Source of the DNA: an uncultured Holophagales bacterium
GTDB lineage: Bacteria > Acidobacteriota > Thermoanaerobaculia > Multivoradales > UBA5704
Direction of reading: 5' to 3'
Assembly (NCBI GenBank): GCA_963842525.1
Contig: CAWJGT010000003.1
Span: forward strand, 64,001-128,000
Length of the DNA: 64,000 bases
In this document: piece by piece, positions 50,757-60,600 of the stretch
Numbering within the stretch: the first letter of the stretch is position 1
How the letters are laid out: each line of letters starts with the position of its first letter
The notes under the pieces: model-generated
What the model saw: only the letters and a program-made list of their open reading frames with translations
Database searches by the model: none
Told to the model about the DNA's origin: nothing
Translations under genes and position numbers: made by a program

Positions 50757-52901
50757 GTGTCTCCGAGCCAGATCTTGATCGACGACGAACGTCGGGCGTT
50801 GCAGGAGTGCGAGGCGCGACTGCGCGAGGCGAGATCGGCGTTGGCGGCCCTCGCGGCCGGGACGGCCCATGAGGTGCGCAACCCCCTCTTCGGCATCTCG
50901 GCAACCCTCGACGCTCTTGAAGCCAACCTGACCGCCCCAGAAGAGATGCCCGAATACATCCGGGTCCTGCGCGAGCAGCTTCAGCGCCTGAGCGATCTGG
51001 CGAAGGACCTTTTCGATTACGGCAAGCCGCCGCGGCTCGACCTCCGGCCCGGCTCCCTCCAAACGGCCGCTGGATTGGCGGTCGAAGCCTGCGCCGCGCT
51101 GATCGGACAGCGCCGGGCCACGGTCGTCAACCTGATCCCGGAAGACCTCCCGCCCTTCCGCTTCGACCACGGCCGCATCGTGCAAGCACTGCGCAACCTG
51201 CTGGAGAACGCGGTCCTCCGTGCCCGCCCCGGCTCCGCGGTCGAGATCGACGCGGCGCCCAGCCGCCTGGAGGATTTGCCGGGCGTCGAGTGCGTGGTCA
51301 GCGACGCCGGCTCCGGCTTCAGCGTGGAAGACCTCCCCCGGATGTTCCAGCCGTTCTACTGCCGCCCGCGCGGCGCCACCGGGCTGGGCCTGTTCATCGT
51401 CCAGCGTATCGTGGACGAGCACGGTGGCCGGATCGTCGCCGCGAACCGTCCCGAAGGGGGGACCCGGATTTCTCTTTTCCTTCCCGTTCTTCCCGGATCA
51501 CCTCCGGGCGCGGAAGACGCGCTTCTAGCGCCGTCAGGAAACCCGGGCGCGATGGCCAGACACAAGATCCTCCTGGTCGACGACGAGGGAGGAGTGCGCT
51601 TCGGCATCCAGAAGTTCCTCGGCGCCAAGGGCTACGAGGTCCGGGAGGCGGACTCGTGCCAGGGGGCCGAGGAGCTCTTTCGCGATACGCGCCCCGACCT
51701 CGCCGTGATCGACTACCTGCTGCCGGACGGCACCGCCCTCGACCTGCTCCCCCGGCTGCGCCAGATCGATCCGGGGGTGCCCGTGCTGATCCTGACCGCC
51801 CACGGCTCGATCGACCTCGCCGTGCGCGCCATCAAAGAGGGCGCGGAGCAGTTCCTCACCAAGCCCGTCGAGCTGCCGGCCCTCCTGCTCGTCCTCGAGA
51901 AGCTGCTCGAGAACCAGCGCAACCGGCGCAAGCAGCTCGCCGGCACGAGCCAGCGCTCGCGGCAGGCCGTCGACCCCTTCCTGGGGAGCAGCGGCGCCAT
52001 TGGCCGGCTCTCCGAGCAGGCCGGCCGGCTGGCCCTGTCGGACAGCCCGGTCCTGATCGAGGGCGAGACCGGCACCGGCAAAGGGGTGCTCGCCCGCTGG
52101 CTCCACGAGCACGGCGCCCGTGCCGAGGAGGCGTTCGTCGACCTCAACTGCGCCGGCCTCTCCGAGGAGTTCCTGGAGACCGAGCTCTTCGGCCACGAAA
52201 GGGGGGCCTTCACCGGAGCGAGCGCCGCCAAGACCGGCCTCCTGGAGGTGGCGCACCGCGGCACCGTCTTCCTCGACGAGATCGGCGACATGAGCCTGGC
52301 GGTCCAGCCCAAGCTCCTCAAGGTCCTGGAGGACAAGAAGTTCCGCCGCCTCGGCGACATCCGCGACCGCTTCGTCGACATCCGCCTCCTGGCCGCCACC
52401 CACGAGACCCTGGCGTCCCAGGTGCGGGAGAAGCGCTTCCGCAGCGACCTCTACTTCCGCATCAGCACCCTGCCGCTGCGGGTGCCGTCTCTGCGCGAGC
52501 GCACGGAGGACATCCCTTTTCTGGCCCGCTACCTGCTCGGGCGCATGGCCGCCGACCTGGGGCGCGGCGAGGTCGAGCTTGCGCCGGCGGCCGAACGGGC
52601 CCTCCGGCAGTACGCCTGGCCCGGCAACATCCGCGAGCTGCGCAACGTACTGGAGAGAGCGCTCCTTCTGGGCGGACGGCAGGCGTTGGAGCCGCGCGAC
52701 CTCCTGTTCGACGCCGCGCCTTCCGGCTCCTGGCCGCAGGACACGCGCCTCACCCTCCGGGAGCTCGAAGCCAGCTACATCGAGCGCGTGCTGCAGGAGG
52801 AGCAGGGAAGGGTGACGGAGGCCGCACAACGCCTCGGCGTTCCCCGCAGCTCTCTCTACGAAAAGATCAAACGCTACGGCATCCCTGTGTCCAAGATCTA
52901 G
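50757..52901 (+). CDS. Histidine kinase (HisKA+HATPase) fused in frame to a REC-AAA+-HTH sigma54 activator
   Basis: AHEVRNPL, NLLENA, GLGL; REC from MARHKILLVDDE (51552); GETGTGK, GAFTGA, FLDEIG, WPGNIREL, Fis-type HTH. No stop between the two halves. Confidence 0.85.
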   Translation: MSPSQILIDDERRALQECEARLREARSALAALAAGTAHEVRNPLFGISATLDALEANLTAPEEMPEYIRVLREQLQRLSDLAKDLFDYGKPPRLDLRPGSLQTAAGLAVEACAALIGQRRATVVNLIPEDLPPFRFDHGRIVQALRNLLENAVLRARPGSAVEIDAAPSRLEDLPGVECVVSDAGSGFSVEDLPRMFQPFYCRPRGATGLGLFIVQRIVDEHGGRIVAANRPEGGTRISLFLPVLPGSPPGAEDALLAPSGNPGAMARHKILLVDDEGGVRFGIQKFLGAKGYEVREADSCQGAEELFRDTRPDLAVIDYLLPDGTALDLLPRLRQIDPGVPVLILTAHGSIDLAVRAIKEGAEQFLTKPVELPALLLVLEKLLENQRNRRKQLAGTSQRSRQAVDPFLGSSGAIGRLSEQAGRLALSDSPVLIEGETGTGKGVLARWLHEHGARAEEAFVDLNCAGLSEEFLETELFGHERGAFTGASAAKTGLLEVAHRGTVFLDEIGDMSLAVQPKLLKVLEDKKFRRLGDIRDRFVDIRLLAATHETLASQVREKRFRSDLYFRISTLPLRVPSLRERTEDIPFLARYLLGRMAADLGRGEVELAPAAERALRQYAWPGNIRELRNVLERALLLGGRQALEPRDLLFDAAPSGSWPQDTRLTLRELEASYIERVLQEEQGRVTEAAQRLGVPRSSLYEKIKRYGIPVSKI

Positions 52902-52926
52902 ACGAAATGTGTCCAGGATCTGGACA
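52888..52926. promoter_or_regulatory. Tandem palindromic enhancer-like sites
   Basis: TGTCCAAGATCTAGACG (52888) and TGTCCAGGATCTGGACA (52910), 22 bp apart, about 110-150 bp upstream of the predicted sigma54 start. Confidence 0.7.
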
Positions 52927-53011
52927 GCCTTTTGTCTGTTCGCCCTTGCTCCCGTGCTTCAAACTGCGGAGCCGATGGGGCTTGGGGGCCGGGAGCCCAC
53001 CGGCCTGGGGT

Positions 53012-53027
53012 TGGCACCGTCGTTGCT
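53012..53027 (+). promoter_or_regulatory. Sigma54 -24/-12 promoter
   Basis: TGGCAC-CGTCG-TTGCT is an exact match to TGGCAC-N5-TTGCW. Confidence 0.85.
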
Positions 53028-53037
53028 CTATAGAGTG

Positions 53038-53101
53038 ACATTCCCTCCTGCGGTGCGCCGAGCATGGTGGTTAAAGCTGTGCTCAGCGCCCCACTTTTTT
53101 T
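53038..53101 (+). ncRNA. Candidate sigma54-dependent small RNA (about 64 nt)
   Basis: 5' TTCCCTCCT, then hairpin GCGCCGAGCATGG/CTGTGCTCAGCGC and T7. Confidence 0.55.
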
Positions 53102-53184
53102 CTCCAGGCTTCTTCCTCTGCGGCAATCCGGCGCCGTGCTGCGGCTGCGGGGCTGAAGATCGACTTCGGCGTACACTTCATGCC

Positions 53185-54267
53185 ATGCGCACGGACGAGC
53201 GCCGCACCCTCGAAGACCTCGGCTGGAGCGACTTCTTCGCGGCGGCCTTCGAGCCCCACGCGAAGCAGGGCCTGGTGCCGGGGCGGGTCGTCCGGGAGGG
53301 CAAGGGAGTCTATGGGGTGTCGACGGGCGAGGGCGACCTCTCGGCGGCGGCGTCCGGACGGCTGTGGCATGGCGAGGAAGGCGTAGGCCGGCCGGCGGTC
53401 GGGGACTGGGTCGCTCTACGACTCCCCACCCTGCCAGAGGAGCCGGGGCTGATCCGTGCCATCCTGCCGCGCAAGAGCAAATTCTCCCGCAAGGCCGCGG
53501 GATCCCGCACCGAAGAGCAGGTGGTGGCGGCCAACGTGGACACGGTCTTCCTGGTGACAGGCCTCGACGGCGACTACAACCTGCGGCGGATCGAGCGCTA
53601 CCTGGCCGTAGCCTGGGACGGCGGCGCCGACTCGGTGATCGTCCTCAACAAGGCCGACCTCGTGCCGGACATCGACGAGGTGGTCCGCGAGGTCGAAACG
53701 GTCGCCCTGGGGGTGCCCATCCACGCCGTCAGCGCCAAGGCGGGGCAGGGGATCGAAGCCCTCGCCGCCTACCTCGAGCCGGGGCGGACCGTGAGCCTCC
53801 TCGGCTCGTCCGGCGCCGGCAAGTCGACGATCATCAACCGGCTCCTCGGCTCCGACGTCCAGCGGGTCGCGGAGGTGCGGGAGAGCGACCAGCGGGGCAG
53901 GCACACCACCACCCACCGCGAGCTCTTCCTGGTCCCCTCCGGCGGGCTCGTCCTCGACACCCCGGGCATGCGCGAGCTCCAGCTCTGGGACGCGGACGAA
54001 GGGATCGAGGCCGCCTTCGCCGACATCGAGGAGCTGGCCCAGGGATGCCGCTTCGGCAACTGCACCCACAATGGCGAGCCCGGCTGCGCCGTCGAAGAAG
54101 CGGTCCAGACCGGCGCGCTCGACCCCGACCGGCTGGAGAGCTGGCGCAAGCTCCAGCGCGAGCAGCACCAGGTCCACCTCCGCCAGGACGGTCTCGCCCG
54201 CCTGCGCGAGAAGCAGCGCATCAAGGCCATCCACAAGGCCGCCAGCCGGTTCCGCCCTAGGGGGTGA
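53185..54267 (+). CDS. rsgA: Ribosome small subunit-dependent GTPase
   Basis: VGDWV, ANVD, NKAD, GSSGAGKST, GRHTT, DTPGMRE, CRFGNCTH.EPGC. Confidence 0.95.
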   Translation: MRTDERRTLEDLGWSDFFAAAFEPHAKQGLVPGRVVREGKGVYGVSTGEGDLSAAASGRLWHGEEGVGRPAVGDWVALRLPTLPEEPGLIRAILPRKSKFSRKAAGSRTEEQVVAANVDTVFLVTGLDGDYNLRRIERYLAVAWDGGADSVIVLNKADLVPDIDEVVREVETVALGVPIHAVSAKAGQGIEALAAYLEPGRTVSLLGSSGAGKSTIINRLLGSDVQRVAEVRESDQRGRHTTTHRELFLVPSGGLVLDTPGMRELQLWDADEGIEAAFADIEELAQGCRFGNCTHNGEPGCAVEEAVQTGALDPDRLESWRKLQREQHQVHLRQDGLARLREKQRIKAIHKAASRFRPRG

Positions 54268-54631
54268 GGCGCCAAAGCGGAGCCGGTCAAGGCCTGCGCC
54301 GGATCTCGGCACTGTACTTTCTTGCATTTAGCTTCACCGAATTGCGTCCCGCCGGGTACCATGACGCCTTGTTTGTGGTAATGTTGGCCTACCGCGCAGC
54401 CGTAGCAGGAACTGCCCCGCATCCGATGACGCGCTAGAGGCTTTGGGCTTGAGGGGCGGTGACCATGGCGGATGAAGTACCGGGGGGATGCCCCCTCCGG
54501 AGCCGGGATGCCTGAAGGCTGATGCTGCGCGGACCGTGCATGGACTTGTCGCTAATTTTCGGATCGTCTCCGTCACCCGCCGCGTGGCCTCTAGAGAGGT
54601 GCGCGGGCGTCGCCGTTGAGGAACCCCCAGC

Positions 54632-57600
54632 ATGAACGCACTCCGTCTCGCTCGCACCCGCTCTGGTCTCGCTCTGCTGCTGACCGTCCTGAGCCTCGCT
54701 CTAGCAGCGAGCTTCGTCCCGGCATCCGCCTTCGCTGCCGGTGGTGCAACAGATCCCTACACGCTGGGAGTGTGCCGGATCTACGACAGCCGGGTTAGCG
54801 GCGGTCCGATTGTGATCAACCCTCCGGACCTCGAAGCGATCCGGACGATCCCGGTAATCGGCGGGGCATGCGGTCTGCCGGCCGACACCAGGCACGTTAC
54901 GCTCAACGTGACAGTCGTCGAGGCTACGGCGCCAGGCCAAGTGAGCCTGTCCCCGGGAGACATAGCGCCGCCAGCCCTTCCTCCGGCTCCTCCGGGAGGC
55001 GAAGCGCTAGCGGTGGCAGGACTTTACTTCGATCCTGGTTTCCCGGGGCGTTCTACGCTACCAAACCCGATGACCGTACAGCTCGCAGGAGACGGGAGCG
55101 GCACGATCAAGGTTGCAGCTCGGCTGCGGAATCAGCCCGCTGCAGGTGCTTATCCGCTGAGTTTTCATTTGGTCCTGGACATCAACGCGCACTTCCGGGA
55201 TTCCGCCGTGGCGCAGGATGACGCCCCCCCAGACATTCCAACTGTACCGGAAGATAGCGCCCCCACAACGATTGACGTACGGGCGAACGATCTCGGCCCG
55301 CCGGGCGGCGGACCGTTCAGCATCGACTCCGTGACACAGCCCGCTAACGGAGAGGTGGTCATCACCAACTCCGGCGCGGACCTCACCTACGAACCGAATC
55401 CGGATTACTGCAACAGTCCGGGTGGGACGCCGGACACATTCACCTATACGCTGGAGCCGAGTCCCTCTACGGCCACGGTCAGCATGACGGTGATTTGCAG
55501 CAATGATGCGCCGGTCGTGGATCTCGATCCGGACGACTCGGGCGGCAACCGCCCTGACTTCACAGCCACCTTCACCGAGGGAAGCGGCGGGGTCAAGATC
55601 GGTGACACGGACCTTGCGACAAGCGACGCCGACGACACCAACCTCCAGTCGGCGACGATCACACTGACCAACCGCCCGGACGGCGACGGTGTGGAATCGC
55701 TGAGCGCCGACACGACAGGGACGGCGATCACCGCCCTCTACACGCCGGCGACGGGCGTCCTCGCATTGACGGGCCCGGATACAGTGGCGAACTTCCAGCA
55801 GGTCCTGCGCACGGTCGAGTACGACAACACCTCGATCAACCCCGACACCACGGCGCGTTCGATCACGGTGGTGGCCGACGACGGCGACGACGTGAGTGCC
55901 ACGGTGACGAGCACGATCAACATCGGCGCAACCAACGACGCGCCAGAGCTGACAGCCGGCGGAGTGCTGAACTATGCCGAGGATGATCCGCCGACCGCGA
56001 TCGACACGACGATCACGGTAAGCGATGACGACGATACGAACCTGGAGTCGGCGACGGCGCAGATCACGGGCAACTATCAGAACGGCCAGGACGTGCTGAG
56101 CTTCGTGGACACGCCGAACATCACGGGCGTCTTCACCGCGGCGACGGGGACGCTGACGCTGACGGGGACGGATACGCTGGCGAACTGGCAGACGGCCCTG
56201 CGCAGCGTGCGTTACAACAATACGTCGGACAATCCGTCGACGCTGGCGCGGACGGTGACGTGGATCGCCAGCGACGGCAGCGACCCGAGCGCGCCGGTCA
56301 CCAGCACGATCAACGTCAGCACGACCAACGATGCGCCGGAGCTGACGGCCGGCGGAGTGCTGAGCTATACCGAGAACGATCCACCGGCCGCGATCGATAC
56401 GACGATCACGGTGAGCGATGACGACGACACGAACCTGGAGTCGGCGACGGCGCAGATCACGGGGAACTACCAGAACGGGGCGGACGTGCTGAGCTTCGTG
56501 GACACGCCGAACATCACGGGTGTCTTCACCGCGGCGACCGGTACGCTGACCCTGACGGGGACAGATACGCTGGCGAACTGGCAGACGGCCATGCGCAGCG
56601 TGCGTTACAACAATACGTCGGACAATCCGTCGACGCTGGCGCGGACGGTGACGTGGATCGCCAGCGACGGCAGCGCGTCGAGCACGCCGGTCACCAGCAC
56701 GGTCAACGTCAGCGCGACCAACGACGCGCCAGAGCTGACCGCCGGCGGAGTGCTGAATTATGCCGAGGGTGATCCACCGGCCGCGATCGACACGACGATC
56801 ACGGTGAGCGACGACGACGACACGAACCTGGAGTCGGCGACGGCGCAGATCACTGGGAATTACCAGAACGGGGCGGACGTGCTGAGCTTCGTGAACACGC
56901 CGAACATCACAGGCATCTTCACTCCGGCGACTGGCACGCTGACCCTGACCGGCAGTGACACGCTGACGAACTGGCAGACGGCGTTGCGCAGTGTGCGTTA
57001 CAACAATACGTCGGACAATCCGTCGACGCTGGCGCGGACGGTGACGTGGATCGCCAGCGACGGCAGCGACCCGAGCGCGCCGGTCACCAGCACGATCAAC
57101 GTCAGCACGACCAACGATGCGCCGGAGCTGACGGCCGGCGGAGCACTGACCTATACCGAGAACGATCCGCCGGCCGCGATCGATACGACGATCACGGTGA
57201 GCGATGACGACGATACGAACCTGGAGTCGGCGACGGCGCAGATCACGGGCAACTATCAGAACGGCCAGGACGTGCTGAGCTTCGTGAACACGCCGAACAT
57301 CACGGCCATCTTCACCGCGGCGACGGGGACGCTGACGCTGACCGGGTCGGACACGCTGGCGAACTGGCAGACGGCCCTGCGCAGCGTGCGCTACCACAAC
57401 ACCTCGGACAACCCATCGACGCTGGCGCGGACGGTGACGTGGATCGCCAACGACGGAGACGCGTCGAGCACGCCGGTCACCAGCACGATCAACATCAGCG
57501 CAGTCAACGATGCGCCGGAGCTGACGGCCGGCGGAGCGCTGAGCTATACCGAGAACGATCCGCCGACCGCGATCGATACGACGATCACGGTGAACGACGA

Positions 57601-60600
57601 CGACAACACGAACCTGCAGTCGGCGACGGCGCAGATCACGATGAACTATCAGAACGGCCAGGACGTGCTGAGCTTCGTGAACACGCCGAATATCACGGCA
57701 GTCTTCACCGCGGCGACGGGGACGCTGACGCTGACCGGGTCGGACACGCTGGCGAACTGGCAGACGGCCCTGCGCAGCGTGCGCTACCACAACACCTCGG
57801 ACAATCCATCTACGCTGACGCGGACGGTGACCTGGATCGCCAGCGACGGCAGCGCCTTGAGCACGCCGGTGACGAGCACGATCAACGTCACGGCGGTGCC
57901 TGACGCGCCGACCTGCAACCCGCTGCCGGGCGCCTTGAACTACAGCACGCCCGGCAACACACAGCTCCACGCCGCTGGCGCTACGCTGCCTGGAGTGACA
58001 TCGATCAGCGACCCCAAAAACGCTCTGACCGCGGCGAATGCCACTGACGCGGACGGTCCGCCGCCGATCACTGTCGTCCCGTTCTCGGGCAACACATCCG
58101 GAGGCGATTGGGTTCTGAATGGCGACGGCTCGTTCACGTTCGTACCAAACGCTGGCTTTACCGGGCCGGCGACCTTGGCCTTCCAGGTCAAGGACAACGG
58201 GGGGGCGACGGGCAGTTGCGCCACGATCAACGTCAACGTGGGGCCGAGGGTCTGGTACATCCACGATGTGGTCGATGGAAACAACCCGGCAGGCGGCGAC
58301 GGCCGCTCTACGAACGCTTTCGACAGTGTCACGGCGTTCAACACCGCGGCCACGGACAACAACGGCGACATCATCTTCGTGTTCGAAGGGAACACCGGCG
58401 CGACGCCGCACACCGGGAGCATTACGCTCAAGGACGGCCAGAAGCTCTGGGGTCAGGGGATCGCCCTCAACGTACCTGGCTTCGGCACGCCGCTGGTGAC
58501 CGCGACCAACAAGCCTCGGATCCGGACGACGACCGCAAGCACCAATGTCGTCTCCGTCCCCGCGACCGCCGGCAACCGGAGCAACGTCGAGATCCGCGGT
58601 CTCGATCTCGAGGCGACCGGTGCCACCTCGAACGCCATCGACGTGACCTCCTCCGGCGGCAACACCGTGGGGATCACGATCAACGACAACAACGTCCGCG
58701 GCGCCACGGCCGAAGGCATCGATCTCAACGCTGGCGCCACGGCCGCGTTCTCGGCGACCGTTCAGAACAACACGGTCACCGCGGCTGGTAACGGTATTGA
58801 CACCCGGGTGAGCTCGACGGGCACGACGACCGTGACGGCGTCGAGCAACATGATCACCTCCACGGGCGGCAACGCCTTCGACGCACGGACCCTCGCGGGG
58901 GCGAGCGCGCTGCGGGTGGCTCTCGACAGCAGCAACGTCGCGGCGGCGGGCACCGGCATCCTCATCGACGGCTCGGTCGCCGGTACGACGACCATCACCG
59001 GCTTCGCGAATAACGTGGTCGATGGCAGCACGGTAGGCACCGGTATCAGCATCACAAGCGCCACCTTCGACGCCAATACGACCACGGCGGGCTTCCAGCA
59101 GGTCTCGGGCGGCAACACAGTTGTGGGAGCCACGGGGGTGGGCAACGGAGTTGGCGGCTCGGGCATCTTTATGACGAATGTGGCCGGCGATCTCGCCTTC
59201 ACCGATTTGAGTGTCTTCGCCGAGGGCGTGGGCGGCACCGGTCTGCGCATCAACGGCACCGGCGCGGTGAACACGGGGGCAGGCACGGGTACTCGGGTGA
59301 CCGTGAACAGCGCCGCTCCGGGGAGGATCATCGAGGCGACCGGCGGGCCGGCCGTGGACGTCAACAACGCGACGATCGATCTCCAGCTCTCGAGCCTCAA
59401 GAGCACCACCACCAGCACCGGCGTGTCGCTAGTGAACGTCTCCGATGGTTCAACGACGAACGCCTTCTTCTCGGCACCGTCCGGTAGCAGCATCACGGCA
59501 AGCTCCGGGGCCGGTCCGGCCTTCAACGTCAGCGGCGGCAACGCGAAGATCACCTACGGCGGCACGATCACCAACAACGGCACCGGCCGGGCCGTATCCA
59601 TCGCAACTTGGAGTGGCGACGACGCCGTACCCGGCGACGACCTGCTGCTCTCAGGTGCTATCGACGAGAACGGCGCCGGTATTCTAGTGAATGGCAACGG
59701 CGGCAGTCGCTCGATCACCTTCAGCGGTGGGATGGATATTGACACCACGACCGGCGAGGGCTTCGCTGCGACGAGCAACACCAACACTGGTGGGCTGCAT
59801 ATCACTGGCACAAACGATATCACCTCGACCAGCGCCACCGCGCTGCGCGTCACCAGTACCACCATCGGTTCGTCGAATCTAAACTTCCGCAACATCTCGT
59901 CCGGCAACAACACTGCTGCCGCCGACCCGGCGAGCGGCATTGTGCTCAGCAACACGGGTTCGTTGGGTGGACTGACAGTGACGGGCACTGGCAGTGCCGA
60001 TAGCGGTGGCATCATTCAGAACACCACGAGCCATGGTATATCGCTGACCAGCACGCTGAGCCCGTCGTTCAGCCGGATGCGGATTCAGAACACGGCGGGC
60101 AATGGTGTCAGGGGTACGCAGGTAACCAACTTCACGTTTACAAACGGCACGATCGACAACTCTGGTACTGACCTTGCCGCCGAAAGGTCGAACATCGCGT
60201 TCAACGATACTGCGGCAGGGACGGAGAACAACCTCTCAGGGACAGTTACGATCACCGGAAACACGCTAACGAACGCCTACTACCACGGGGTGGATATCTT
60301 CAACTTCAACGGCACGATCGCCGACGCCACCATCTCGAGCAACACGATCACCAGCACGAGCTCGACGGCGACGTCGAAGGGCTCGGGCATCCGCTTCGTC
60401 GCGTTCGGCTCCGCGACAACCGTTGCCAACGTCACCAAGGCGACGATCGCCAACAACGTCGTCTCCAACTTCCCGAGCGCCACCGGGATCCAAGCGCAGG
60501 GCGGCAACGGGAACGCCGCCGGACCGGCCGGCGTCTTCGGGACCTCGGGAAGTGCCACGAACGTCATCGCGATCACCGGGAATCGCGTCGCGGGGTTCAG

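Noticed and set aside
54268-54631. Riboswitch in the long leader of the adhesin
   Set aside because: Only short GC hairpins and a possible extended -10 (TGGTAATGT); no known aptamer consensus recognised.
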